Shown here: positions 27,151 to 37,231 of the stretch, one piece after another
Layout: the number at the start of each line of letters is the position of its first letter
Numbering within the stretch: position 1 is the stretch's first letter
Source: Candidatus Micrarchaeota archaeon
Lineage (GTDB): Archaea; Micrarchaeota; Micrarchaeia; Anstonellales; Bilamarchaeaceae
DNA length: 64,000 bases
Direction of reading: 5' to 3'
Assembly (NCBI GenBank): GCA_038046765.1
Contig: JBBSVN010000004.1
Span: forward strand, 130,844 to 194,843
The notes under the pieces: model-generated
Databases searched by the model: none
The model's input: only the letters and a program-made list of their open reading frames with translations
What the model was told of the DNA's origin: nothing
Translations under genes and position numbers: made by a program

Positions 27151-27729
27151 CTATGTTACAAAGCTGAATTTACCTGCGCCTGCTCTTATGACCTTATTTT
27201 CAACAAGGTCAACTATAGTAGATGCTTGCTTGTGCCTTACCTTGCCCTTGATGATTAAATCAACTTTTTCTATAATAGACTTATCAACATCAGCTAGTTT
27301 AGTTGCTGACGCCTTACCGCTAAGATTAGCACTCGTAGTTATTATCGGTTTTTTTAGAAGCTTGCAGAACTCAACAATTGATTTGGAAGACGGAATCCTA
27401 ACCCCTATTTTTCTGTTTGAACTAGCAGGTAATTTCTTTTTTAGTTTTAGAAGAAAAGTAAACGGACCAGGAAGATATTTTTTTAATATTGACTCTTGAC
27501 TAGCAGACACCAGACAGTATTTTTTAATCATTTTCAGATCTGCCATAATAACGCTTAGGGATTTGGCTTTTTCCCGTTTTTTTATTTTATAAATTTTAGA
27601 AACAACTTTTTTATCTGTTGCATCCCCGCCAATTCCAAAAATAGTATCTGTTGGATAAAGTAATATGCCAGAATGCATTAGCACATATAGTGCTTTAGCT
27701 GCAGATTCATTTAAAGCAGGCATTAGCAC
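27151..27729 (-). CDS. L-threonylcarbamoyladenylate synthase (TsaC/YrdC domain only)
   Basis: YPTDTIFGIG, KIKKR, PGPFTF, GVRIP, TTSANLSG, STIVD. Confidence 0.93.
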   Translation of the reverse strand: MLMPALNESAAKALYVLMHSGILLYPTDTIFGIGGDATDKKVVSKIYKIKKREKAKSLSVIMADLKMIKKYCLVSASQESILKKYLPGPFTFLLKLKKKLPASSNRKIGVRIPSSKSIVEFCKLLKKPIITTSANLSGKASATKLADVDKSIIEKVDLIIKGKVRHKQASTIVDLVENKVIRAGAGKFSFVT

Positions 27730-27730
27730 T

Positions 27731-28618
27731 TCACTTGGCAGATTTCACAACTACTTTAGTACTTAATTTTTTCCACAAAATGTAAAGTGCTGAAAATAGG
27801 AAAATGTAAAATAACAGTAAAACCATGAAATAAACTAAATAGAACACAAGTATTATTGGAATAGATAGAATACCTCCACTAACTGCACCAACTAGGAATG
27901 CAGGAATAAACAAGAAGTATAAAATAGTAACTACTGCCATTAGTAGAATATATACTAAAAAATCAAGTCCCAAAACTGCCCAGAAATTACTTTTTACCAT
28001 TGCAATTGAAGATTTAATGCTTTCAACTGGGCCTTTTTTGTTTAGTACAACATCCCATACTGCAAATTGTGTGAAGAATGAAAATATAAATATCAGAATT
28101 AATTCGATAATATATAATCCTAAAAATATAAATATATTTGAAAACGCATTTGTAAGAGCAGCAGGATTACTACTACCATAACCGTATGCTGCAGATGAAG
28201 ATAATTGATTAGAAGCAGAATACATAAACCATGCAATTAGTGGCAAAAACATTACAAACATTGCAGCAGATAACACTACAATAAACTTCGTATACGGCAC
28301 GAAATTGGCTTTTATTGTTTTTATCAGTTCAAGTTTTTTGCAATTATAGGTTGCATCAATTGAATTAAAGAATGCAGAAAATGAAACGCCAGATATCAAG
28401 TAACCTAGTATCAGGAAAGGAAGTGCTAACCATATTATCCAAGTTGAGATAGACGCAGCTAAGAATATTGCACCAAAATAGATTAAAAATCCAGCAATCA
28501 GTGCAATAATAGAAACAACAGATATTTTAAACGAGTTAACAAACAATGTTTTCCAATTGGATTTTACAAAAGAAAATGTTTCCTTTAATGTTTCTGAAAT
28601 TAAATCAATGCTAGACAT
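27731..28618 (-). CDS. multi-TM membrane protein, paralog 4 of a tandem array
   Basis: About 6 TM segments; FFTQFAVWDVVLNKKGPVESIKSSIAMVKSN motif. Confidence 0.8.
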   Translation of the reverse strand: MSSIDLISETLKETFSFVKSNWKTLFVNSFKISVVSIIALIAGFLIYFGAIFLAASISTWIIWLALPFLILGYLISGVSFSAFFNSIDATYNCKKLELIKTIKANFVPYTKFIVVLSAAMFVMFLPLIAWFMYSASNQLSSSAAYGYGSSNPAALTNAFSNIFIFLGLYIIELILIFIFSFFTQFAVWDVVLNKKGPVESIKSSIAMVKSNFWAVLGLDFLVYILLMAVVTILYFLFIPAFLVGAVSGGILSIPIILVFYLVYFMVLLLFYIFLFSALYILWKKLSTKVVVKSAK

Positions 28619-28650
28619 AGCATAATAGTAAAATGAGAAGTTAAAAAAGG

Positions 28651-29451
28651 TTATGCTTTTGATGACCTGTTGATTTTCATATAGAAAAAGTAGACTAATG
28701 TCGTAAGTAAAATATGAGAAGTTAAGCCAAGAGCAAATGATAATATTAGATAGATCACAACGCCAATTGGCCCTGCACTAGATAAAACTGAAGAAATACT
28801 TGCAATAACCTGAATAACAATGAAAATAAATATCAGCATTAGGTCAAACACAAATACTTTGGACAGGTTATTTTTAGCAATTTCAAACGAACCTTTGAAG
28901 CTTTCAATTACGTCTTTCTTACTTAGTAAAAGTTCGTAGAGCCCGAATTGAACGAAAAACGCGAGTATTGCAGCTAAGATAATTAAAACGAGCCAGACAA
29001 GGAGATTTGGTTCGGGTAAAGCAGTAGGATTAGCAGTAGCCGAAGAGGATATAACATACATAATAATTGGATAGAGTAAAATAAACAAAACAGGCAGCGC
29101 AATTAGATAGTACTTAATAACTGGAAAAGAATTTTCCTTCATCTGGCCTAAAATCGCAGTATCTTTTTTCTTATAAGTGTTATCTATTAGGTTGTAAATT
29201 ACAGACTGCATTGCAGAAGATACCAGGATTACAATGAATAAAACAGGCAGCATAAGAAGCCCAAATGAGCTTTTTGAACCAAAATTAGCTATCCCCAAAG
29301 GAATTGCCAGAACGATCATGATTATAATGGAAACAACTAGTGTAAGCAAATATGCCTTAGAATATTTAATAAAAATTGACACGAAATTTTTAATAAGAAA
29401 ATCTTTGGAATCACTTAAATTAGCTTTTATTAAATCGAAGGTTAGGGACAT
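28651..29451 (-). CDS. multi-TM membrane protein, paralog 3
   Basis: FFVQFGLYELLLSKKDVIESFKGSFEIAKNN. Confidence 0.8.
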   Translation of the reverse strand: MSLTFDLIKANLSDSKDFLIKNFVSIFIKYSKAYLLTLVVSIIIMIVLAIPLGIANFGSKSSFGLLMLPVLFIVILVSSAMQSVIYNLIDNTYKKKDTAILGQMKENSFPVIKYYLIALPVLFILLYPIIMYVISSSATANPTALPEPNLLVWLVLIILAAILAFFVQFGLYELLLSKKDVIESFKGSFEIAKNNLSKVFVFDLMLIFIFIVIQVIASISSVLSSAGPIGVVIYLILSFALGLTSHILLTTLVYFFYMKINRSSKA

Positions 29452-29476
29452 AAATAGTTATTCCTTGACAAGGTAC

Positions 29477-30463
29477 TTAAACCTTAATGGTTGACCCCGA
29501 TACCTTGGACTTAGTTACTGGTGGAAGTATTTTTTCTTTTACCAAAGTATTAACAGTGCCGGAGATAGTTTTTGGTTCATTAATCAAATTTATATTTTTC
29601 CAGAAAGTATATCTAAAGGAATAATTTATTAGAGTATTCAATGCAGAATATACCGTAACTAATACTACAAACAAAAATGCACCAACCAAGATTAAAGGAA
29701 GCAGGAATGTTTGGTTTATGCCAACCAACAGAATACCAATTAAAATTCCGAAGAAAATTATCACTAAATATACAATCATAACAGGTATAGTGACAGCTAC
29801 TTCAATTAGATACAATATTATCCCAAACAAAAAAACGTCATGTAGATTATTTTTAGCAGTTTGAATGCTATTTTTAAAACTCTTTATTACCCCCGTACCC
29901 GCAACTATTACTTCAAAAAGGGCAAACTGAAGAAAGACGTATAGAATTGCCCCAGTAATCATAGTTGTTAAATTAGTAAATGCATCAATTGCTTTAGATG
30001 CGGAAATATTTTGAACAGTCATTGATAAAAGCACGGATGGTAAGAGAATTATTGCGAATATTACTAAATTCAACAATAAATCCAGGACAAAATATTTAAG
30101 AAATGGGAACGAATTTTTAGATAATTGTTCTTTAAGACCAAAATTAGTTTTTCCATATTTTGAGATTAGATTTATTATTGTAGAATCTACTAGGCTACTA
30201 AAAAAGATTCCAACAAATAGCAGAAGTAATCCAACAATTAAACCGAATACAACAACTGATAAATTAGAACTAAGGGTTTTATATGGATTATAAATCGTAT
30301 AGAAAAATATTATCCCTACTAATAATAAACTTATGATTAATGTAAAGAAACTTATCGCCTTAATTTTAAGTACTTGAAAGAAGAGCAGTTTAAAATTTTC
30401 TTTTAGAAAAACAAAACTTTCCTTAACTGATTTTTCTACAACATCAAATGTCATTTTTTTCAA
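29477..30463 (-). CDS. multi-TM membrane protein, paralog 2
   Basis: VFLQFALFEVIVAGTGVIKSFKNSIQTAKNN. Confidence 0.8.
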   Translation of the reverse strand: MKKMTFDVVEKSVKESFVFLKENFKLLFFQVLKIKAISFFTLIISLLLVGIIFFYTIYNPYKTLSSNLSVVVFGLIVGLLLLFVGIFFSSLVDSTIINLISKYGKTNFGLKEQLSKNSFPFLKYFVLDLLLNLVIFAIILLPSVLLSMTVQNISASKAIDAFTNLTTMITGAILYVFLQFALFEVIVAGTGVIKSFKNSIQTAKNNLHDVFLFGIILYLIEVAVTIPVMIVYLVIIFFGILIGILLVGINQTFLLPLILVGAFLFVVLVTVYSALNTLINYSFRYTFWKNINLINEPKTISGTVNTLVKEKILPPVTKSKVSGSTIKV

Positions 30464-31346
30464 CCGTTTGGGAGATTTTTTGCCACAAGATATACCTTGG
30501 AGGAATAATTACTAATGAAAAAATTACAGATTCAATAAACGAGAAAGGCACGAAAATTATTAACCATAAAACCAGGAATATAGGATTTTGAAACCCTAAA
30601 TTCATAATAACACCTAGAAACTGATTAAAAACGCCAAAAAGCATAGCGACTCCCCAATTTAGGAACATTAAGAGAACACCGAATATAATGACCAGCAACA
30701 AGTTTTTCTTAACCATATTTATAGATGATTTAATTGCATTGATTGCAGTTTTTTTATTTAAGGTAATTTCTAGTGATACAAATTGCAAAAAGAAGTTCAC
30801 AAATACCGCGAATAAAATTGCTAGAACCCCAACTAAGAAAACAATTAGAAAGGGAAATGCAGATGAAGGGTTTTTTGTGCTTTGCATAGCGTTAAAAAGA
30901 AGGATTAATAATGGCACGAATATTGTAAACGAAATTGCTAATTCGATAATATAGAATATAGTTATTTGAGTGAAATTGTCCTTTGTTTGTTCAATTATTT
31001 TTGTATTTTTGCCTAGGCTCCTGTTTTTTATAATATTGTAAATCGTAGAACCTACAGCATTATTAACGATTCCGGCAATTAAGTATAAAGGTATTGAAAT
31101 TGCAAGTATAATCCATATTGAACTTAAAATTTTTGGAGCTATGCCGAAATTGCCCTTAAAAACAATAGATAAGTCATTAATCGATATTGGAGTTAGTGTC
31201 AAAATTGCAATTGATAATAAAGCGAAAAGCGACGCATTTACAAGATAAATAAGTAAGTAAACTTTAGCAAAGTCGTAAGCGAGTTCTTTATTAATTAATT
31301 TTAGTCCATCACTTAAGGAATTTAGTGCTACATTTAGTCTTGACAT
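30444..31346 (-). CDS. multi-TM membrane protein, paralog 1
   Basis: FFLQFVSLEITLNKKTAINAIKSSINMVKKN. Confidence 0.8.
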   Translation of the reverse strand: MSRLNVALNSLSDGLKLINKELAYDFAKVYLLIYLVNASLFALLSIAILTLTPISINDLSIVFKGNFGIAPKILSSIWIILAISIPLYLIAGIVNNAVGSTIYNIIKNRSLGKNTKIIEQTKDNFTQITIFYIIELAISFTIFVPLLILLFNAMQSTKNPSSAFPFLIVFLVGVLAILFAVFVNFFLQFVSLEITLNKKTAINAIKSSINMVKKNLLLVIIFGVLLMFLNWGVAMLFGVFNQFLGVIMNLGFQNPIFLVLWLIIFVPFSFIESVIFSLVIIPPRYILWQKISQTVEKNDI

Positions 31347-31397
31347 GGGATTATAACAAAACATAACCTTTAAAAACAGATTAGAACATAGTTATCT

Positions 31398-31513
31398 TGT
31401 CAACGGTCATTGGGAAGAGGTCACACCCGTTCCCGTTCCGAACACGGAAGTTAAGCTCTTTCACGGCCCTGTCTGTACTGATCTATGATCGGGAAAACGG
31501 GCTTCTGTTGGCA
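31398..31513 (+). rRNA. rrf: 5S rRNA (stand-alone)
   Basis: Terminal helix TGTCAACGG/CTGTTGGCA; conserved CACCCGTTCCCGTTCCGAACACGGAAGTTAAG; 116 nt. Confidence 0.93.
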
Positions 31514-31632
31514 CTTATATTTATTCTACTTATTCTTTTTAACAACTTAACCTTATTTTTAGCTTTTTGTGATTTTCAATTTTCTGTTTTGCGCTTTTAC
31601 TAGGCTTAAAATCCTAGATGTTAGATAAAAAA

Positions 31633-32523
31633 CTAAAATATTCTGTTGGCATAAACACGTTCGACACTTTTTGCGGCTAATCTAATTTTTGCCCCCATTT
31701 TCCAGGCTAGTCTTCTGTAATCTGTTTTCTTGTCTGGTTCTGTTTTGAGTGTATCCCCCCAATTCGAACCGATCATTACAGGTGCTTTTTGTCTAGGTGT
31801 TCTTGCTTTTGCTATTAAATCGCTTTTGCCCATGCTTTCTAATGCTTCTTCAAAACTTCGGATAACCTCTGCAGGAAGTTTATGGCAGAGCATTTCTGAA
31901 CTATAATGTTCTTTTAGTGCACTAGCCAGTTTACTTTCATCATAAGTACTCCAACCTCCAGATTGTCTAGTCCTCTTCCTACATATTGTTGCATAAGCTA
32001 AACCAAACATTATCCTCCTTTCAATAGGATTAGGACCAGATTCCATATAATATTTACCAACTTCATAAAATTGGATGACCCTACGTTCTGTTTGTGCTTC
32101 TAACAATAATGAATAATAGTCTTCTCGTCTAACCATGTCTTTAATTTGTTTTTCCCAGCACTTCTCCTTCCATTCAAAGTTTGATTGAGTTTCTAAATAA
32201 GACAAAACTTCATCACTATATCTGCGATGATTTTTTATCATATACATTTCGTATTCATCCCTTTCTTCTATTACAATATCTACGTATAATTTTGCAAAAA
32301 GAGATCTAACTTCTTTGGTTAAATCCTTACTTTCCCCTAAAGGAGCTACATAGCATCTTGCCAATGTGGATCTATATCCTTCTTTTTCAGCGCGGATTTT
32401 TCCTTGGTAATCCTGAACAATATCTTTCGCTCTCGCTAATTGTTCATCTGGATTAGAATAGAATAACTTTTTTATTGCATCAAACGCTTCTGTAGTTGGT
32501 GCAGAAAAATTTGATTTGTCCAT
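31633..32523 (-). CDS. hypothetical protein
   Basis: 296-aa ORF with a TATA box upstream. Confidence 0.7.
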   Translation of the reverse strand: MDKSNFSAPTTEAFDAIKKLFYSNPDEQLARAKDIVQDYQGKIRAEKEGYRSTLARCYVAPLGESKDLTKEVRSLFAKLYVDIVIEERDEYEMYMIKNHRRYSDEVLSYLETQSNFEWKEKCWEKQIKDMVRREDYYSLLLEAQTERRVIQFYEVGKYYMESGPNPIERRIMFGLAYATICRKRTRQSGGWSTYDESKLASALKEHYSSEMLCHKLPAEVIRSFEEALESMGKSDLIAKARTPRQKAPVMIGSNWGDTLKTEPDKKTDYRRLAWKMGAKIRLAAKSVERVYANRIF

Positions 32524-32775
32524 AAGAGATTATTGCCCAAAGTCTTTTTAAATGTTGCTAAAAGTGTAAGAATTTGAAAAAATATAAAAGTACTTAGTAG
32601 TACTTCAGAAGGGTACTTAGACCTTAATGCTTTTCTTAGTTGGTTTTGAGTCTTGTGCTGAGCGTTTTGTGTTAAGCTTTTTGGATTTATTATTTTTCCA
32701 TTATGATTTTTTGTTTTATTCTTGTGGTAATTAGCATTATGGTAGTTTATAAAATGTTGCTTTTAATATGATTTT

Positions 32776-33417
32776 ATGAGTTTAACTATAGACCATAAAC
32801 CACGAATTCATGAACTAGTTACTCGTGCTCGAGCAGAAGTTTCTCGATTTCTAATACCACCTGAAAAGCTAAATAGCGAACAGGCAAAACATATTATACG
32901 CAGATATACTGCAGCTTTTTATGGAAATTTCGTAAATTGGTGTAGCGCAGCGATCATATCTTCTAGATCTAACTTAGGAAATGAAATTGCTACAGCAAAT
33001 TGGCGAATTGAACTTACAGATAATCACCCGTTTCTTCTACTCATTTTTGCAAGGACAAACGATGCGTACCCGCAGGGTGCGGACTATGAATTTAATCGAA
33101 AGAATATTGAACTAATTAATGAGGCAGTAATAGCGCTAAACTCGCCATTCACATTCGGTCTAATCGCACTTTTAGAGAACACATCTTTAGAGTTTATTCC
33201 TTATCTTAAATCGTTAGAAAAGAGACTAGGAATGCAAAGACCTTCAAGATATTTGCAGGTACATGGCGAAGCGGATGCGATACATGCTAGCGCATTTTTA
33301 GATGCGTTAGTAGAAGAAGTAAAAATAGAACAAGACCCATGTTCAATAAGAACTGTTGAAGAAGCTAAACTAAGAGTAGTAAATTTAATTAGAAACATAT
33401 TTACAGAAAATTTGTAG
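32776..33417 (+). CDS. heme-oxygenase-like helical (TenA/PqqC/CADD-type) putative di-iron protein
   Basis: ELTDNH, LEN and YLQVHGEADAIH ligand pattern. Confidence 0.7.
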   Translation: MSLTIDHKPRIHELVTRARAEVSRFLIPPEKLNSEQAKHIIRRYTAAFYGNFVNWCSAAIISSRSNLGNEIATANWRIELTDNHPFLLLIFARTNDAYPQGADYEFNRKNIELINEAVIALNSPFTFGLIALLENTSLEFIPYLKSLEKRLGMQRPSRYLQVHGEADAIHASAFLDALVEEVKIEQDPCSIRTVEEAKLRVVNLIRNIFTENL

Positions 33418-33423
33418 AGGGAT

Positions 33424-34251
33424 TTAAGCTTGAGCTATTCCAGCTTTCTTTTGCGATTCTTTGACGAATTTTAAAACCCCTTCAATCGTTTCTTGCGCTT
33501 CTATTGGTAGGTGTGTTTTTTGACTTTCAAAAGTTTCGGCAAAATCCGCGTGGTAAACCTGATCTGATAACAATCGTCCAACGAGATTCGAAAAAATCAT
33601 GTTTTTGGCAGAATCGATTTTCCAATCAATTCTCTGCATCAAATTGAACCCATCTTCAAGCGAATTAGTAAAAGCACCCATCAATGACATAGCTGCATAA
33701 TATTGCTTTGAGATTTCTAATTGTGCAGCCCAAAATTCGAATGGTAAACGTGCACCTATTCCGACAAGTGTCTGGATGGTTCTTCCATATAAATCGACTT
33801 CTTCCGGGCTAGAGCTTACCAGATCAATTGGGTTTGGTCTAAAAATACCTAAAAATCTTTTTATTTTATCAATATTTTCTCTAAAAATTCCGTATTCACT
33901 ACCAAAATCATTTGAAAGGAGAAGTAATCGATCAATAGCTTGTGGTTTCCACGTTTCCTTTGAAGAATAAACTTCATCTAAACAAACATTTAAACCTACA
34001 AAAATACTTGGCCGTGCTTCTTCTAATTGTATTGCAATCTCTCTAAAAATAGCGTGCGGAAATTGATACGGGAATTGATCGGAGTCCTCAATTTCAGATC
34101 GATCATTTTGGTGATCCCATCCATCGTTTTTATGAAGCCGATCTTTCATCCATGCAGCCCAGTCATTTGGAGTAAGTTTAAGCAGACCAGCTCGATTTTG
34201 TTCGGGTTTTTGGCCAGGATAAACTTTGTCTTTGTATGTCATGAAAAACAA
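33424..34251 (-). CDS. hypothetical protein
   Basis: 275-aa ORF. Confidence 0.65.
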   Translation of the reverse strand: MFFMTYKDKVYPGQKPEQNRAGLLKLTPNDWAAWMKDRLHKNDGWDHQNDRSEIEDSDQFPYQFPHAIFREIAIQLEEARPSIFVGLNVCLDEVYSSKETWKPQAIDRLLLLSNDFGSEYGIFRENIDKIKRFLGIFRPNPIDLVSSSPEEVDLYGRTIQTLVGIGARLPFEFWAAQLEISKQYYAAMSLMGAFTNSLEDGFNLMQRIDWKIDSAKNMIFSNLVGRLLSDQVYHADFAETFESQKTHLPIEAQETIEGVLKFVKESQKKAGIAQA

Positions 34252-34355
34252 TATATAGACACTTAGAAGGTTATTTAATTCGATGTTTAATTAAACAAAT
34301 CAAAAATCCATCCGCTTTATTTACTTTAGCCGCCATGTATTTAGTTGGTGATCGC

Positions 34356-35240
34356 ATGTTCGTTAGCGTATTATCTGATAAGCCTGAATTAAGAGAAAAC
34401 TTCTGTAAGCTTATTGGTAAAGAAATTAGTAAAGACGAACTTGCGATTTATTCTGCGGATTTACCTAAAGGCAAGATAACATTAATTGATTCGATTGCTT
34501 ATCCTGAAAAAATTCAACCATTATTATACTCGCTTTCTATGGCTGATGTCGTTGTATTATTAGTTGATGGTCTATCTCCTAAAGTTGGCGAACTTTTTGT
34601 TGCACTAAATTCTATGAATATTGCAAATGGAATTATTGTATCTGCAACAGCGCTTCCAGTTAAAGGAACTGTTTTAGAAAAATATGAATTAGTAGCAGAC
34701 ATGAACGCGGCAAAAGAAAAATTACTTTCTATGCCGGCCGTTGTCGCTAACGAAAACCTATTTGGTTTTATTCATAAGACAGCAAATATTCCTGATTTAG
34801 GTCATGTTGCGTATGGTGCACTAAAAGGCGGGAAGATAAAAAAAGGAGACAAACTATTTGTACTGCCAAGCCGAAAAGATTTAGAAATCCGGTCGATTCA
34901 TACTGAAGAACAAACGCATGCAGAACTAAGCGGAGTTTCTAGATTTGATATTGCGTATAGGGGAGATTTAATTGAACGTGGGATAATTGTTCCTCTACGA
35001 AACGATTTTCAGATGGAAAACATCGTTAACGGTAGATTCATCAAAAGCCCATTTTACAAGGACGAACTAAACCCAAGAATTCATGCGTATTCGAATATGC
35101 AATATATTGAAGGACACATGAGCGATAGTGATCTTACGTTTAAGGAACAATTTGTGTTTAACAAGGGCGAATCGATACTTATTTTGGATTCAAGCAATCA
35201 AAAATTAAGGATTGCAGGAGTTTTCCAAAGTAAATGGTAA
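34356..35240 (+). CDS. EF-Tu/SelB-like protein with a degenerate G domain
   Basis: YPEKIQPLLYSLSMADVVVL, GHVAYGALKGGKIKKGDKL...LEIRSIH (EF-Tu domain II), LRIAG; no P-loop. Confidence 0.7.
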   Translation: MFVSVLSDKPELRENFCKLIGKEISKDELAIYSADLPKGKITLIDSIAYPEKIQPLLYSLSMADVVVLLVDGLSPKVGELFVALNSMNIANGIIVSATALPVKGTVLEKYELVADMNAAKEKLLSMPAVVANENLFGFIHKTANIPDLGHVAYGALKGGKIKKGDKLFVLPSRKDLEIRSIHTEEQTHAELSGVSRFDIAYRGDLIERGIIVPLRNDFQMENIVNGRFIKSPFYKDELNPRIHAYSNMQYIEGHMSDSDLTFKEQFVFNKGESILILDSSNQKLRIAGVFQSKW

Positions 35241-35377
35241 GCCATTTACTAGCTTATTTTGTGATGAATTTTAGACATTTTACAAGATTTTTAGTATAAA
35301 TAAAAAATATAGATTTTACTAACTCTCCTGTAAGGAACTAACGCCCCTGTCAGTAAACTTTAGAGATTAAAGCATTT

Positions 35378-35425
35378 TCTATATGGCTACAAAGCTTACA
35401 TTTAACTAATTTGTAGCCATATAGA
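35378..35425. repeat. perfect 16-bp inverted repeat with 16-nt spacer
   Basis: tctatatggctacaaa / tttgtagccatataga. Confidence 0.85.
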
Positions 35426-35519
35426 TTTGGGGCCTATTTAGACTCTTTTGCGGCGTATTTTGATTGATTTGCGGTGTAAATTCTTGATTTTAGAAAAACA
35501 AAGCTTTTTATAATCTATT

Positions 35520-35551
35520 AATGCCATATTAATAAGTATTAATACCGCATT
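35520..35551. promoter_or_regulatory. palindromic putative operator of the toxin-antitoxin operon
   Basis: aatgc-ca-tattaata-ag-tattaata-cc-gcatt lies between the TATA box and the SD. Confidence 0.55.
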
Positions 35552-35563
35552 AAGGTGAATAAA

Positions 35564-35800
35564 TTGGTAAAGGCAATAATAGACATAGACGAACATTCCA
35601 ACCGAATCTTTAATATCGTTAAGGCAAAGTATGGTTTAAAAGATAAATCCGAAGCTATAGAATTAGTTGCACAGGTTTACGAGGAACAGGTATTAGAACC
35701 AGAACTTAAACCAGAATATGAAACTAAAATCAAGAAGATAATTGAAACTGGCAAATTCATTAAAGTAGATAATTTTGCTAAGAGATACAAACAAGGATGA
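35564..35800 (+). CDS. putative antitoxin (DUF2683-like)
   Basis: VKAIIDIDEHSNRIFNIVKAKYGLKDKSEAI...EPELKPEY; TTG start after GGTGA. Confidence 0.8.
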   Translation: MVKAIIDIDEHSNRIFNIVKAKYGLKDKSEAIELVAQVYEEQVLEPELKPEYETKIKKIIETGKFIKVDNFAKRYKQG

Positions 35801-35804
35801 TTTT

Positions 35805-36065
35805 GTGTATTCCCTTGAAATCGAAGAAAAAGTCGATAGAATATTTTCAAAAATGAAAAATAAGCTAAGACTAGAGATAATTGATAAAAAAATACAACAA
35901 ATCTTAGAAAATCCTCAAAGGTTTAAACCTCTGCGATCTAATATGCATGGCCTAAGAGAAGTTCATATTGATAAGTCATTTGTCTTGCTTTATGTTATTG
36001 ATGAACCGACAAAGACTGTTCGAATTGTCGATTTTGACCATCATGACAATGTGTTTAGGCATTAA
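35805..36065 (+). CDS. RelE/YafQ-family toxin
   Basis: NPQRFKPLRSNMHGLREVHIDKSFVLLY...DFDHHDNVF. Confidence 0.88.
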   Translation: MYSLEIEEKVDRIFSKMKNKLRLEIIDKKIQQILENPQRFKPLRSNMHGLREVHIDKSFVLLYVIDEPTKTVRIVDFDHHDNVFRH

Positions 36066-36113
36066 GCATAACTCTTTTATTCCTTCTTCGTTATTTATTT
36101 ATCTGGTTTATAC

Positions 36114-37208
36114 ATGTCTTTAATTCATATAGTAGGTGCTGGTCCAACAGGCGGAGCTGCGGCCATTTCTGCACTTCGTTCGGGATTTAGCGTTACGATG
36201 AGCGAAGACCATAAGGAAATTGGGATTCCTACTCATTGTTCTGGCTTATTTTCTCGCGATGGACTGGAAAGTTTGAAGGAATTTTTTAGTTACAAAAAAC
36301 TTGTTACAAACCCAATCCATGGTGCAGTACTAGATTTTGCTGGAGAAAAATTAACCATTCGTACAAAAGAACCAATAGCTTATGTTTGTGACCGCGCAAG
36401 ACTTGATCAAGAAATGGTCGGGAATGCTATAAGTGAAGGCGCGAAGATAAACTACAATGAACGAATTACTTCGATTGACCAGCTTAGATCGAACATAGTT
36501 ATTGGAGCCGATGGTCCAATTTCAAAAGTAGCACAGCTTTTTAACTTTCCAAAAATTACCAAATACGCTAGTACGCTTCAGGGGCATTTTAAATATAAAA
36601 GCGCAACACCAGACTTAGTTGAAGTATTCTTAAGTAAAGATAAATTCCCTGGATTTTTTGGCTGGATTATTCCGCATAGTGAAACCTTTGCTGAAGTTGG
36701 CGTTGGAGTTGAACATCCTTATAATGTAGTTAAGGCATGGGATGAAATTTTAAAAATCGCAAAAGTCGAGCGAAGCGAATGTAAAGCAAGTGGTGCAGTA
36801 ATTCCGATTCGAGTTAGAAAGAAAACTGCGATGACTAAGACAGTAGAAGGGAAAACTTATCGCGTTTGTTTAGTTGGGGATGCAGCAGGACAAACTAAAA
36901 GTACAACTGGCGGCGGAGTAATATTTGGAAGCAACTGCGCCAGATTCGCTGGAAAATACGCTGAAAACCCATTACGTTACGAGATAGAATGGAAGGCAAG
37001 ATTTGCTGGAGATTTATTTATTCATAAGAATGTTCAAGCTTATTTAGAGAAAATGAATGACAAACAGATACTGTCTTTGGGTAAAAAGTTTAAGAAAATA
37101 GGAATTGACCAGTATTTATCAAATCATGGGCACATGGATAAACCAAGCAGAATGATTAAACCAGAAATGCTCAAATTACTTGCAAGAGCTCCAGGGTTGT
37201 TGATATAA
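36114..37208 (+). CDS. geranylgeranyl reductase-family FAD oxidoreductase
   Basis: IVGAGPTG, PTHCSGL, GADG, FGWIIP, LVGDAAGQTKSTTGGG. Confidence 0.88.
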   Translation: MSLIHIVGAGPTGGAAAISALRSGFSVTMSEDHKEIGIPTHCSGLFSRDGLESLKEFFSYKKLVTNPIHGAVLDFAGEKLTIRTKEPIAYVCDRARLDQEMVGNAISEGAKINYNERITSIDQLRSNIVIGADGPISKVAQLFNFPKITKYASTLQGHFKYKSATPDLVEVFLSKDKFPGFFGWIIPHSETFAEVGVGVEHPYNVVKAWDEILKIAKVERSECKASGAVIPIRVRKKTAMTKTVEGKTYRVCLVGDAAGQTKSTTGGGVIFGSNCARFAGKYAENPLRYEIEWKARFAGDLFIHKNVQAYLEKMNDKQILSLGKKFKKIGIDQYLSNHGHMDKPSRMIKPEMLKLLARAPGLLI

Positions 37209-37231
37209 AAAACTAAATAAAAGAGGATCTT

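Noticed and set aside
31397..31603. 68-aa ORF MSTVIGKRSHPFPFRTRKLS
   Set aside because: Spurious translation of the 5S rRNA
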